A DNA stretch of 63,039 bases, the filler included, from Thelocarpon superellum (lineage: Eukaryota): the NCBI GenBank assembly GCA_026025795.1. It is 2 parts of 2 records of this genome, joined end to end, with 100 filler letters (N's around TTAATTAATTAA, not from the genome) between each part and the next. Parts side by side here need not be neighbours in the genome. Positions count along the whole stretch, not along the records: positions 1 to 31,499 come from JAPEUG010000191.1; 1 more part is not named here. One strand, given 5' to 3'. The position numbers and the translations under genes were made by a program. The notes below the pieces were generated by a model. That model searched no databases, was not told where the DNA came from, and saw nothing but the letters and a program-made list of their open reading frames with translations. Every line of letters begins with the position of its first letter. Position 1 is the stretch's first letter. Below are positions 1 through 13,069 of this stretch, in pieces.

Positions 1-4
1 TCCC

Positions 5-1058
5 TTATCGTAATGTGATGACCACTTCAATCACACTGACCATTCGGATTCGAGCTTCTGGTAGCTCTTCTTCTTCTCTTTCTTCCTCTTCTCTTTCCTC
101 TTCTCTTTCCTCTTCTTCTTCTTCTTCCACCACCGCCCCTTTCCCCCCTCCCTCCTCTTCTCTGATCCTCTCGTTGCCCTGCTGATTGCGTTCCTCTCGG
201 TCTTGATTCTGCTCCTGCATGGCGGTATGCAAGTCACCTTCCTTTGCGTTGTCCCCCTCTGCTATCACCTCCGTACCGTCCTCTTCCCGTGCCTCTGAGC
301 TCTTCCGAGTCGTTGCCGTCTTGGGCGTCTGCAGCGTCTTCGACGGCTTTGCAATATCCTTCCCACCCCCGGTAGTCTCCACAATGTCGTCGACGACGCC
401 GACACTCCCCGTGCGGAACCGAACCTGATACTGCGCCTGGTCCTGGAAATAGGTCGCGAAGCCCAGTGCATTCTTGATCGCTCTCCCCGTCGCTTTCAAT
501 ACCACCTCCTCCGTCGTATTCGTCGCCGTTGCCGTGGTACTCGCATTCTCTTCTCCCTCCCCTCTTCCCTGTCCGGTCGTGTCCGTTGCAGACTTGTGCG
601 CCATCTTACGCCTCTTCGACCCCGCCGTTCCCTTTCCCTTTCCCCTTCCCCTCCCATTGCCGCCGCCACTACCCACACCCCCGAAGAGATCCACGTCGCC
701 GTGCTCCCGCTTGTCAATCGCATCCAGCAGCTTGATCACGCGCTTGCGCACGACGGGGAACTTGGTAGAGGCTGAGACGTAGACGACTTTCTGCCGCGAG
801 GCGCCCGAATAAGGCGACGGAATGGCCGGGTGCAGAATGGGGCGTTTTTCGATGCGTGCATCTGTTATATCCGTCCTGGATTAGCATGGGCCTATCTACG
901 GTGATGGGGACGTTGTCGAGGTTGTCCTCGTTATGGTCATGGTATAGGCAATGCGGCTTGGAATACGGTTGCTTACGCTTTGGTAGCCGCTTGAGCTTGT
1001 GGATGGTTGCTGCTTTGGCGATGCGGGGAGCGGGCGTGTTGGGCGTGCTAGTCGCCAT
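5..1058 (-). CDS. POP7: RNase P/MRP subunit Pop7/Rpp20 (Alba fold), 2 exons (1058-977, 861-5)
   Basis: Splicing GTAAGC(976)..CAG(862) gives KRPILHPAIPSPYSGASRQKVVYVSASTK..RKRVIKLL, EEVVLKATGRAI..V.VVDD and C-terminal RIRMVSVIEVVI, typical of fungal Rpp20, with long low-complexity inserts. Confidence 0.85.
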
Positions 1059-1369
1059 TGTGGAGGATGCAGCGCTCGGTGAAGCTTGGACGTCGGCTTG
1101 ATGCGTATGTGGGGGTGGTCAGTGACTGGGACCTCAAGGGGTAAGCTCTAGGGTGAGCGTCGATGGATTGCGGGGGAGAGGGGGAGGGCATGGAGTAGTG
1201 GGGGAATGCATCAATGCAGGAGATGAGGTTCACCGCGAGCTCGTTGGACGAGTAAGTGACTTCTCCATGTCCCTCGCCCTCGTCACCATCACCACGCCCC
1301 CACGCCTCCACGCCTCCACGAATCCACTCTTCCGCTGCACTTCCTCCCCGTTCAGGAGAGGCCGACTCA

Positions 1370-2155
1370 ATGCGCCTTGCGCACCTGCGGATCCCACAGG
1401 TGACCAAGTACAGCGCCGTGGCCGACATACAAACGCGCCTGGTCAACCAGGTGCTGCAGTATAAATCCACATCCACCTCTACGTCGTCCGCACCGTCGCC
1501 CGACAATCCCCCACCAGATGCCACGATCATCACCGCGCAGTTCCACCCCGTGTACACGTGCGGACGGCGCGAGATCGGCACCGTGTCCGCGGCGCAGCGC
1601 GCCTTCCTCCGCACCGAAGGCCGGGCAGACTTCGTGGAAGCGCTGCGGGGCGGGCAGACTACGTTTCACGGGCCGGGACAGCTGGTGGCGTATCCGATTG
1701 TGGATCTGAAGAGGCTCGGACATGTGCGCGGGGGCAAGGACGGCCAAGGCCTCTCGCCGCGCTGCTACGTGCGCCTCCTGGAAGACAGCGCCATCGCGAC
1801 GATAGCACGCTGGGGCATCCCGGGCCAGAGGACGGAGCACGCCGGCGTGTGGACGTCGCCCGAGCGCAAGATCGCGGCGCTGGGTCTGCATCTGCGGCGC
1901 AACGTCACCAGCCACGGCGTCGCGCTGAACGTCGACCCCGATCTGTGGTGGTTCGAGCGCATCGTGGCGTGCGGGCTGGAGGGAAAGGAAACGACCTCGA
2001 TGGAGCGCGAGGGCGTGCCTGGCGTGCCGGTGCTGGATGTCGCGGATGCCTTCGTGGCCGAGCTGGCCGGGCGGCTGCATGTCGATGACGCCGACGTTTA
2101 TCGGGTGCATCTTACGGGTGTTGGCGGGGCAGAGCCGGTCGGACGAGGCCCATGA
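1370..2155 (+). CDS. LIP2: Mitochondrial octanoyltransferase / lipoate-protein ligase B
   Basis: Motifs HPVYTCGRR, RGGQTTFHGPGQLVAYPI, KIAALGLH, TSHGVALNV, IVACGL. Probable ATG at 1370 (MRLAHLRI). Confidence 0.93.
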   Translation: MRLAHLRIPQVTKYSAVADIQTRLVNQVLQYKSTSTSTSSAPSPDNPPPDATIITAQFHPVYTCGRREIGTVSAAQRAFLRTEGRADFVEALRGGQTTFHGPGQLVAYPIVDLKRLGHVRGGKDGQGLSPRCYVRLLEDSAIATIARWGIPGQRTEHAGVWTSPERKIAALGLHLRRNVTSHGVALNVDPDLWWFERIVACGLEGKETTSMEREGVPGVPVLDVADAFVAELAGRLHVDDADVYRVHLTGVGGAEPVGRGP

Positions 2156-3151
2156 TCTGGCAGAGAGGCTTGACGATTGCCGTGTAGTACAGGGATCTGG
2201 CGTCCGTTTGAGACAAAGGGAGGCAGGGGGCGTTGTTCGACATGCTGTGCCACGCTTGTCCATTCGATGCTGATGTGCTGTCGATCGGCATCTCACTCAC
2301 CCACTCAATTACTCCAAACGAACTGAACCGATACCGGTTCATCACCGTCGCATGAATCCGAGCGCAGTGGGTAAGAACATGGCTTGAAACATTCCAAGTG
2401 TGACTTGATATGATGTGATGTGATTTGATTTGATTCAATCGTCTGACTCTCTCTGATTATATACTAAGGTGGGTAGGTACAAGGTATAGGTCAAATAGGT
2501 TGCTATCAAAGGTAGCGACGGTGAAGGTGACGGTGGGTATCTGCATCGACTCCCCTGATCCTCCTCACATCTCCACGCATGTCGGGGTCTTCTCACTCCA
2601 CTGCACGTCCTCGCCACTTCAACGTTGGCTCATCTCATCTCACCTCAGCTCCGGTGCACTCATCGCCCACGTCTCCGAACCGGAGAACCACGTAGTACCA
2701 GGACAAGTCCGGTGTCCTTGCGCAAGAGCAGACCGGGTGGATCAAAAAGGCCGCCGCTAGCCCCAAGCGAGCCGTATCGGAAACCCCGGTCCACCACACC
2801 ATCCTTGCTCGACCCCGTCACCCTCATATCGTCCTCGTGCCCTGCACTCGTCCTGGTGACATGACGTGCAGGACCACGGTGTGGAGGGCGGCGTGAGGAG
2901 ACAGGGACACAGACAAAGATGGGAGAAGATGGGAGAAGATGGGAGAGGAAATGGAAGAACGGGAACGGGCGAAGGAGCGCAAAGAATGGAGAAACAAAAA
3001 ACGGGTGTCAGGATTGGGTATCAACGGATAGCCTGCTCCGCCTGCTGCAGTCGCAGCTGCTGCTGTCGTATGTACACGTGCGGTCAAGGTCGTCGTGATG
3101 AAGTAGGGTAAGTGGTCGTCGTCGTGGGCGAAGGCGAGGACGAGGCTAGGG

Positions 3152-3532
3152 TCATAGCACGGCGGCAGCGACCAGGGCGAGCGCCCCGCTGAAGATTACC
3201 GCCGCGGCCGAGCCAGCGTGGTTGCTGGCGAAGTTCGGCACGCTCGTCGGCGCCTTGGGTGATGCCGTGGGCGGGTTGGTCGCCGGCGTGACGGTCGAGT
3301 TCACCCCAGTCGGCAACGAGCTGCCGGCCGACGCGGTCGGGTAGGGGTTGAAGGTCGAGTTGGCATAGTTAGTCGGCGACGCGCTGGCGATGCTCGTCGT
3401 CACCGTCGAGATTTGCGACACGGTGCGGGTGAGGGTGGAGGTCGAGGTCGAGGTATACGACACCGTCGACGTCTGCGCGCTGGCCACCGCAGCGAGCAGC
3501 GGCGTCACCGTGAGGAGACCCGTGAGGCGCAT
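3152..3532 (-). CDS. Small secreted Ser/Thr-rich, probably GPI-anchored cell-wall protein (126 aa)
   Basis: N-terminal signal peptide (MRLTGLLTVTPLLAAVASAQ), S/T/P-rich middle with N-glycosylation sites, hydrophobic C-terminal tail (AAAVIFSGALALVAAAVL). Confidence 0.8.
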   Translation of the reverse strand: MRLTGLLTVTPLLAAVASAQTSTVSYTSTSTSTLTRTVSQISTVTTSIASASPTNYANSTFNPYPTASAGSSLPTGVNSTVTPATNPPTASPKAPTSVPNFASNHAGSAAAVIFSGALALVAAAVL

Positions 3533-4825
3533 CGTCGCGAGTCGGCGGATGCGCCTAGGATGGTGGTGGAGTCGGAGGTGGGATGACGGACAGCTTGGGA
3601 CTCGACGCTCGATCCGCGGAGTCGCACAAGACCAGCGCGTGGTCAGTGGCCGGTCGAGACGGACGATAAGATTGGCGAGATTGAGATGGAGCGCGCGTGG
3701 CCGGTGGAGAATGCGACCAGACGAGTGGAGCTCGCGTGTAGTGGCAGTGACAGTGGCAGTGGAGGATCAATCGCTTGGGGAGAATGAAGGCGCAGCGAGG
3801 CAGACAGAGCGCAGGTTTAAAGAGTGACGAAGTGACACGCAGGCACGAGACGATGGTGACGGTGACAGGAAACCAGCATAACGTCTGCTCTTCTGGCGTG
3901 CGTCCAGATTATAACGGGATAGAAGGGCGGGCAACGCGTGCGGGTGTCCCCCCATCACCACCACCCTCACCACCTGCAAGCCGGCACACACCGCGCGCAG
4001 GTTCTGATTGACCACTGTCACTGGCGCCGTGGGGTGGGCGGCGAGCGGCGAAGCCTCGACGGCCAGTCGTGCCGTGTTGCTGATCCGCGCGCGCGCGACC
4101 AGGCTTGAGACAGCATCATGCGACGATTGCTCACCTCTCTCCTCCCCAGCGTTGGGCGAGCCGGGGGTGAGCCGGGGGTCTGGACGACGGCCGATCCAAA
4201 TGAGCACAGACGACGGCCGGGGGGGAGGCGTTGTGGGAAATTGCGATGGACGAGCATCGCGCTCGCTAGTGGCCACTATTCCTTACCCCTGCCGCTATCG
4301 CGGCCCCTACCCTACCAGACAGTCCGACCTGTCCTCCCCGTCCGCTACCCTCCCCTGCCCGTCGCTTCCCCACGAGACGTTCCTGACGCTACGCGAGTCT
4401 TGGCAGGGAAAAAGCTCCCCTCCACCAATCCCATGGCCCCAGATCGACCGGGGGCGCTGGCCGCTCGTCGACCGCGTCCCCGGTCTCGCAGGCCCGCATG
4501 GCTATTCGTAGACCCGTCATCCCTAGTTGTGTCGGGGAAACCGCTTGGCCCATGGCGTGCCATGGCGAGCGATGACGGGAGGATGAGCGCCACAGACCAG
4601 GCGTGATCCGTGCGTGCCCTGGAAAAAGGGCTAAACATGCCCGGCGGCATTTTCATCGATCAGCTCTCTGTGGAAACCGATGGGGTGGCGCGCCACGGCT
4701 GCTGTCCGGGGATCGTCCGTCGTGGCCCATTTTCGCCGTCCGGTGTTCCATCTTGAGCAAACGTGGGCCAGATGGCTCTAAACATAGCCATGGCAGCCAT
4801 CGTGGCCGTGGGCCGGCGTCGAAGT

Positions 4826-4917
4826 GTGGGCTTGTGGGCTGATGGGCTTGTGGGCTTGTGGGCTTGTGGGCTTGTGGGCGAGTGGGCTTGTGGGCGAATG
4901 GGCGAGTGGGCGAGTGG
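4826..4917. repeat. Degenerate 8-bp tandem repeat (GTGGGCTT/GTGGGCGA), about 11 units
   Basis: Read directly from the sequence. Confidence 0.8.
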
Positions 4918-5718
4918 ACGTATAGGTATCAAGGCGTATGGGATGTCGGGGCGCCTCGCCCTCCACCCGCGCCGACTTGGCCGTACCATACGAGTACTCC
5001 TCGTGGTTTGTCGGGCATTCCCTACGTACGAGTAGGTCGCGAGTAGTCGTATGTTAGTGTGGGCCAACCCAACGTGCTGCTGGCATGCGAGGTCGAGTCG
5101 GCAATTAGGGTTGTGGAGGAGCAAGAGCCCTGTCAGTGTCCAGACAAGGTAGAAACCGATCGAGCGACAGCAGGGCCGCAGACGGCGTATGGGACCGGCC
5201 TGCTGGCCCTCCTACGCTCCTGCGGCAGGGCCATGATAGCGATAACTCTGTTCGCTGCGTTTGCCCGCATCAACGGCCCGTGCTGTCAGTGCCAGAGGCT
5301 GGTCGCACACGTCGGAGGTGGGGACGCGGGGATCTTGGCGCATCATCCACAATGCGGTGTTATGCCGACCGAGCATAGGCCTTTCGCCTTCGGTCGCTTC
5401 TACCACGACAGCCGCGACGCCTGATGTTCCGTCGTCGCCTCCGGGGCCACGATGCGCTGTCACAAGGCCCGGGCGCCACCTGGCTCCTCCCCTTGGGCCA
5501 GCCCAGTGCGGTAGATCAAGAGGACGATCCAAGGGCAAACGCTGATGGATCTACGTAATGCTTCTATACGGACGTCGTATGCGCGTAATGTCATGTCCCC
5601 TCGAGCGTATAGCAGAGCGGAGTGAAACTCGAACGGAGCCGGGCGACGGGCCATGACCTCCAACGTGACCTCACACATGACTGTTGACGTGACCTTTGAC
5701 GTGGCCGTTGCCGCAACA

Positions 5719-7673
5719 TCATGCCGCTCCATTCTCCGTCGTCGTCGGCTTCTCGAGCCCGCCCCGGACCCCACCTTTCCCCCCCACTTCGCGCGCCGTC
5801 ACTTGCACGCTGAGGTCGGCCGCCACGTTCACCATCACCTCGACCTTCTTGCCGCGCCCCACGCCCCGCACCGCCACCTCCGCCAGCGACGTGCTGGGCG
5901 TCCAGATCTTCTCGCGCGTTTCTTGCTCTTCTTCTTCTTCCTCGTCCTCCTCGTCCTCGTCGCTGTCGAGGGTCGCGTCGGAGTCTCCGTTGGCCTTGGC
6001 TTTGGCCTCCACTTTCGACACCTTGATCTCGCGGATCCCCTCACAGAGCTTGATCAGCACGTCTCCACCCGCCGCCGGTGCCCGGAAGTGCGCCGTTCGT
6101 CGCACGGGGACGGCCGTGTTGGGAGCCAGCAGTGGGTAGAAGGTTGGGGATGATGCGTTGGCCGAGGTGACCAGCATCCCCACGGCGTGCCGGAGATGGG
6201 GCGTCACCGTCACCATCGGATGCGTCGACTGCTCCACGTCGTCGTGGTCAAACTCTTGGATGAGGCTGGCCTGGATGGCGGCACCCCGCACCGCCAGCTC
6301 CGACGGGTTGAGCGCCGTGGCCGACGTCGACGGGGCGTGAACGGTGGCGTGGGGAAAGCGAGTTTGCAGCAGGCGCGCGATCTTGGGCGTATTCGACGTG
6401 CCCCCGGAGAGAATCACCTACTCCTCGTAAGCCGTGGCACGTCCGCCGGGGCCAGAGACCTACCTCGTCTACATCGAGCAGGTCGAGCTGGGCCTTCTGC
6501 ACCGCCTCCTCCACCAGTCGCGTAAAGCCGTCCAGCACTTTGCCCGCCAGCAGCTCGTAGCGGGTGCGATTGACCGTCGAGGTAAAGTCGATGCCCTCGG
6601 CCAAGCTCTCCACGCTCAAGCTGGCGCTGCTGCTCTGACTCAAGGCCTTCTTCGTCGCCTCGGCCTCGAGCCGCAGCTTGGCCAGACTGCGCGCCTTCTC
6701 CCGCGGATCAGTCTTGTGTTTCTTGATGAACTCTTTGGCAAAGAAGTCTATCAGCACCTGATCCAGCTGCGCGCCGCCGAGCGCGTAGTCGTGCGCTGTG
6801 GCCAGGATGGTGTAGATGCCGCCGCGTGACGCAATCACCGCCACATCCGACCGTGTGCCGCCGAGGTCAGCGACGACGACGACCTTATCCGCGATCTTGG
6901 CATCGGGTCGCGCATCGTATGCCAGCACGGCGGCGACCGGCTCGCTGATGAATTGCAAGACGTCAATGTCGGCCACCTTGGCGGCCTCGATCAGCGCTTG
7001 CCGCTGCGTGTCGGTGAAGTCGGTGGGGACGGTGATGACGGCGGCGTTGACCTTGCGGCCCAAGAAATCCGACGCCGAGGAAGCGAGGCGCCGGAGGTGG
7101 CGGGTGGTGACCTCTGACACGGACAAGGTCGACAGGCTGTCGGCATCAGTCTCACGGACTGAGAAGGAGACCGTCTCCTCGTGCGCCTTGGGATGCGCCG
7201 AGGCGTGGCAGGCCGTGGGGTCGACCGATTTGAAGCTGTGCCCCATCTCGTTAGCCGTTGGACTCCCTCACCCCGCACGCTCCAGTCATACTCCTTGCCC
7301 AGAAAGTCCCGAAAGTAGGCAATGGTGTTGTCGTTGTTGCGCACTAGTTGTGCCTTGGCTTGTGTGCCGTGGAACTCCTCGCCCCCGATGTAGGAGAGTA
7401 TCGACGGGATTTGACGATCTATGGGAGAGGCGTGAGCATGGTGGGGGCACAGGCCCAGGAGCAACGTTTCATACCGCCTTCCTCGTTGGCCAAGACGCCT
7501 ACTTTGCCATCCTACAATGAACATGTCAGCGGTGGTGGACGGCAGAGGCAATCTTAGCGCGAGCATACGGTCGACGTGTGTGCGATGGAGCTGTTGGAAT
7601 TTCCCCAAGAAATGCCGATGGCGGTCCGCTGGCCGGATGGGGTCTCCGCCGCCTCGCCCTTTGTCGCGCTCAT
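5719..7673 (-). CDS. SSZ1: Atypical Hsp70 of the ribosome-associated complex, multi-exon
   Basis: MSATKGE..AIGISWGNSNSSIA, IANEEG.RQIPS, QAKAQLVRN..NTIAYFRDFLGK, VVADLGGTRSD, VILSGGTSNTPKIA. The C-terminus is truncated and lacks EEVD, as in Ssz1. Confidence 0.93.
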
Positions 7674-8028
7674 CTCGCCAGATCAAGCGTGAGGGGAACG
7701 AGAAGGGCGTGTGGCGCGCAGTGGCAGCAGCGAGGCCCTGTCTCGTGGAATATTCCGGGACAAACTTGGTGCGCGTTGACAGCCGATTGACGAGTTGACG
7801 ACTTGGCGGCGTAACAAATTGGCGGCGTGACGGATTGACGGCTTGGCGGATTTGACGGACGGATCGTGTCCGACCTTTTTTGCTAGCGCCATCCGGGAAA
7901 CCGTTGATGCGAAGGGCGGGCGCCATGTTTGTCCCCTTGCTGGAGCAGCCCCACTGCTGGCACCATGCGCTGTCTACCATCCACCATCCCCATGGCCCGA
8001 TGACCCTTGTGGCCTGAGCACCAACGGA

Positions 8029-8815
8029 ATGTCCTCTCAAGGCTTTCTCCTCCCAGGGGACAATGTCTCTCCCCACTGGCTGCCCATTCCCACCAATCCA
8101 TCCGTGTCACTGAAGCTCGGACCCGGACTACGACACATCCCTCCGGATACCATCACCCCCGTGGTGGCCGGGGAGGTGTGCGTCGATGCAAAGAGGAATG
8201 CCATCTGGATGGAGCACAATGGCGGTCGAGTACGTGGGCCTTCTCGCCTTCGCCACGAGGCCCCTACTAATTCCGCCCTAGTACGTCCCGGCCGTCGGCG
8301 ATACCGTCCTGGCCGTTATCCACCATTCCTCGACGGATTTCTATCACTGTATGATCACCCCGCACGCCCCCTTTGCCATGCTCCCACAGCTGTCGTTCCC
8401 CTCTGCAACCAAGAAAACTCGGCCGATGCTGGGGTCGGGCTCGTTGGTCTATGCGCGCGTGTCCTTGGCCAACAAGCACATGGACCCCGAGCTGGAGTGC
8501 GTGCATCCGTCGACGGGCAAGGCCGACGGTCTCGGCGAGCTAAAGGGCGGCATGCTCTTTGACATCAGCTTGGGCATGGCCAGGCGCCTGATGATGCCCC
8601 AGCCGGCGCGGCAAGGCGGGATCATCGTCTTGCAAGAGCTGGCGGAGACGGTCCCGTTTGAGATGGCTGTCGGCCGCAACGGCAGAGTCTGGATCGAGGC
8701 AGGTAACGTGCGGGCGACCGTGGCCGTCGGACGTGCCCTCATCGACGTCGACCAGCACCAGATGGGGGTGGACGAGCAGAAGAAATTGGCCGTGAAGCTA
8801 CGTAAAGCGCTCTAA
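8029..8815 (+). CDS. RRP40: Exosome complex component Rrp40, 2 exons (intron about 8230-8281)
   Basis: LLPGD..LKLGPGLRH, RYVPAVGDTV, LPQLSFPSATKKTRPML, PELECVHPSTGKADGLGELKGG, EMAVGRNGRVWI. Confidence 0.93.
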
Positions 8816-8926
8816 TCCAGCACATGGCTCGCCCGGGGTGCCCTCCGAGATCTGTGACCGACGCCGTATGATGCCCTTCCTCTCCCTCTTCCCTGCCATT
8901 GAGATGCACAGACGCCCGTCATTCTG

Positions 8927-9711
8927 CTAGACGCCATTGGGCACGGCATCACCGGGGTCGAGGACGCTCCAGTCCCGGACGCCCCCTTTCCAATCGGCGA
9001 TGCGGCCATCGCGCACGCGGACTGCGACGACCTGCACTTCCTCGCCCTGGATGTAACATCCACGTCCACCATCATCGTCCGCGTCGCTGGTGGGATGGGT
9101 CGCCCCGGGCTGCCCGTGATCCTCATGTGCCTGGTCATCAAACGTGTTATTCTCGAGGTGGACCTTGCGATAGTACGCCTCTTCCTCCGTGCCCGACGGT
9201 ACGATGCGTGCGAGACCGTTGATGGTGGCGCTGATGCTGCTCAAGGCGCTGGAGTTGAGATTCAAGAGCAAGCTGGCCAAGCTGCTGCGCGAGGCCTGCG
9301 TGCGCCGGGGGACCGGCGAGGGCTCGACATCGACCGTGGACGTCGTCGGCGGCCGGTGCGACACCCAGTCATGTACGAGGAGCGAGACGCGCGGATTGTG
9401 CACCAGGTTGAGGGTCTTCTTGGAGCTGGGGTTGGTGGTCATGATGATGGTGGGGTGGGGGCTGTAGGGGGACGATGGCAGGTACGTGTAATTCATGAGC
9501 GAGACATGCGGAGAGAGGGCGTCGCACGTGCCCAGATGGAGCTTGTCGGGCCGCACGTCAGCCACCGTCGTGGCGGGGAGCAGGGATCATCACGTACGAA
9601 GCGGGCATTCTTCAAGCAGGTCACCACTTCGTCGGGAAGGGTGGTGGAGGATTGGAGATTGGTCGTGGTGGCGGACGCTTCATAATGCAGTGGAGGGTGT
9701 GCGGTCGCCAT
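8927..9711 (-). CDS. Pyridoxamine 5'-phosphate oxidase-like FMN-binding protein (YGR017W-like), 2 exons
   Basis: LPDEVVTCLKNARF / LHLGTC..PHVSLMNYTY..IIMTT..KKTLNL..NPRVSLLVHDW. Confidence 0.85.
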
Positions 9712-10703
9712 CGTCGTCGAGATGGATGCCTGATGCTTGTGTCGTCTTGGGGAATGGAAACAGTGCCAGCACGTATCTCGTCTCGCACATTGCTCATTCG
9801 AAATGCAACGGTGATGCGATGGTCGCTTGCTCGCTCCAGGTCGGGCGGTAGGGAAGCAATGAGGGGCCTCGCTCTCGTTCTCGTGCTCGCGAAATCTTCC
9901 TTCGATAGGAAGAGGATCGACCACGCCACAGCATGACCTAATACTGCGAGCCACTAGGAGTAGCTCGCAGTCGCACGAACGCCGCCTACGTTACCATATG
10001 CGGCATAGCACGAGGAGTCGCCTTGCTCCAGCACGGCCCATGTCGAAGGGATGGTCTACGCGAAGTTGCACGGTCGTCGCCTCCGTCCCCAAGGGCGCTG
10101 GAGAGAGAACTCGAGCACACATCCATCGGGCCTTTCCGTGCATATGGACGCACGTGGTGGGCCGAGTCGGACCAGCTCGTGCGGTCGCGATCTGGGCCGG
10201 ACGCCTCCTGGAAGGGACGCCCCGATGGAACAAAAGGGTCGAGCCGTTTGGGCGATGGATAGATGGAAGCTTCTGCGACGTTAGCCCCAGGTGCCGTGCA
10301 GCATTCGGCCCTACGAGCCCCGGCCCGCACGCCGCCCTCGGCCAATTTCGTGTGTCAAACTGCCGATTGTCCGCGACCAGCGCCCACGAAACGCGGCCCC
10401 CAACAGGCGGCGGGCGGCGGCCGTGGTGGGAAGCATGCACCGGCCCACCCGAAAGGGAAATAGTCATGGGGACTTGTAGTCAAATACTAGGTATGCCTTT
10501 CCCCGCCGCCATCTTGTAGGGAGGGCGAGGGCGGAAGTTTCAGTGCGTCGCGCTACGCTGCCCGCCGAGAAGACGATCGAATTGGTCGCTGCTAGCCAGC
10601 CGCAGCGCCCGGGAAGGACCGTCGGGCATATGGTGGCGCCATCCTGTCTGCCCAGGATTGCTCCGTCGGCCATCTTCTCTCCACATCATACTTCCCCGGC
10701 ATC

Positions 10704-12244
10704 ATGACCGACAGCATCATCGCCAACCTCGAGTCGGAGCTTGGCGCGGTGCCGCCGCCGCCGGGCGTGACGGCCGACTTCACGACGCGGACCGCGCTAA
10801 GCGATCAGATCGTGGTGGTGTCGGGCGTGTGTCTGGCGGTGTCGACGCCCTTTGTCCTGCTCCGGATGTATACGCGGCTCTACCTGGTCCGCACCTTTGC
10901 ACTGGAAGATTGTACGTCGCGGCTGCGTCTTGGATGCGGTACCCATGGGGCAAGAGGCTAACGGATGATGACAGTCTGCGCTCTGCTGGCATGGGTAGGA
11001 TCATCCACGATGGATCACGTATCGACGGCTTGCTCAGACGATGATAGCTTGGTGCTGTGGCGGTGGCCGTCATTCATATCGGTAGGATGGAGATGCACGT
11101 CGGTCCCGACACACGCTGACGATGGCAGTCTTATCCTATCATGGATTTGGCCGGCATTTGTGGGATGTGACCATCTCGGAGTTCTTCGTCTACGGTCGAG
11201 TACGTGCGGTGTCTCCCCCGGCTGGATGCCCCAGCACTGATATGTCGTGTCGGGTGTCTAGCTCGGCTTGAGCTATCTGGCCATCTACTTCGCCGAGGTG
11301 TCTCTGGCCAAGGTCACGCTGCTCCTTCTCTTCCACCGCCTCGCAACGACGGCATGGCAACGCAAGGTGTTCCTCGGGGTCATGATCTTCATCATCTTGT
11401 ACACCATCGCCATGTTCTTCGCCCTCATCTTCTCGTGTCATCCAGTCGCCTATTTCTGGGACCTGACCATCTCGGGCGGATACTGCGTCAACCGGACGGC
11501 TATCTTGATCTTCATGGCGGTGATGAACGTATTGACTAACTTCGTTATCCTGCTGCTGCCGGTACCCTTGATCTGGCGCCTGCGCCTCTCACGGGGAGGG
11601 AAGGCTGGGGTGACGGTGATGTTCCTGGTTGGCCTGCTGTGGGTCCCTCGTCCCCACTGCCCCGCCGGTCTGGCCGGGGAATTGGATGGCATTGACACGA
11701 CTGCAGTGATTGCGCCGTCAGCATCGTTTTGGTCCAGACGACGATCCCGCCGCTCATCACGGCGCCCGTCATTGGTCCCTTTGGCGCGACGGACGTGACG
11801 TACAACCTGGTGCTCCCGGGATATTGGATGTAGGCACTACCCGTTCCTCCACCCGTCGCTACTCGTCGGCCGTCTCGTGCGTGGTACTGATGAAGCACCA
11901 GTGCGGCGGAAATGCACCTGAGCGTGATCTGCTGCTGTCTGCCCGCCCTCGGGCCGTTCTTCTCCCGCTACTTTCCCTCGGTGTTTGGGTCGACAGTATC
12001 ACCGACGACGTCTCGGTCCGCCGACCTCTCTGGCCCGCGCGGTCGTCCGGACCGATGGTGGTCGCGAAAGAAGGGGCCCGTGGTCATGGCGCGCAAGGTG
12101 GAGGAGAACGAGACGCCGGATCGACGCGAGTCTTGGCAGCAGCTCCGTGGCAGCCCGGGCGATGTGGAGCTGGGCCGTTGGGCTGGGGCGACGTCCCCTC
12201 CGCCGCCTGGGACGTATGGGACGTATCATGCCATGGAGAAGTAA
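10704..12244 (+). CDS. PTH11-like (fungal rhodopsin-domain) 7TM integral membrane protein without CFEM, several introns
   Basis: PPPPGVTADF, FVLLRMYTR..LED, G.GRHLWDV, AKVTLLLLFHRL, FSCHPVAYFWD...GYC, ILLLPVPLIWRLRL, EMHLSVICCCLPALGP. Confidence 0.85.
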
Positions 12245-13069
12245 CGACGGATCCATGACGGGCCAGTGACGCGAAAGGACGGTTGGCTGGGGGCTCAGAT
12301 GATGCACGAGGCTCTCTTTGCTCCATGTCACGTCCAGGGACGATAAGCATGTGAAAAAGGCGTTGGCGTTTGAATGGACGAGCCGTCGGTCGCAAGGAAG
12401 CTAGAGTGTCCCCACCTCGGCCATGTGGCATGTGGCGTCTCCGATCGAGCGAGACCACGGACGACCGACTCGTAGGCAGCGCCAGACGGAACCTCTCACA
12501 CCAAGTACGAAGTACTCCTTGGTGTTAGTTAGTGAACTACGGCTTCCCCGCAGTGCCCTCTGGACGGTTTCCTTGGGGCGGCAAGCGAGGTCGACTCGGC
12601 CGCGACTAGAGCCCTTCCTAGGCAAGACGCGCTCGCTTTCTGGCAGCCGGGCAGCCGGGCAGCTTGGGCATCGACACCGGCAGCGACACCGGCAGCGACA
12701 GCCGCCAAATTGGCGACGTAATCCGGCGTGTTGCACCAAAGCGAGAGGGAAACGTTCATCGCACGCACCCATTCCGCCCACGCCCACTCACCCTTCCACG
12801 CCCACGCCCGCACCCTCCCCTCCTCCCCCATGCAATCCGTCGCCTGCGCCCGGACTCGTCTAGCCTGAAGCTCCACCCCACTGCCGTGCAGCTTACCCCA
12901 GCTCCCGCTCCCACGCCTCCCCCGCATCGTCTCCCTCGTGTCTCGTGTGCCGCCGTGGATGCTCGGGCCGTGACGTCCTTCATTCCATGCGTCTCTTGCC
13001 CTCTCCACCACGCGCGTCCCCTGCCTTGATCGTTGATCGTCGTCGTCTTTCCTTGGCCCCTTCTGCAGC

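Noticed and set aside
9943..9971. Hairpin ACTGCGAGC...GCTCGCAGT between divergent genes
   Set aside because: Single short stem with no second copy and no RNA-family features.
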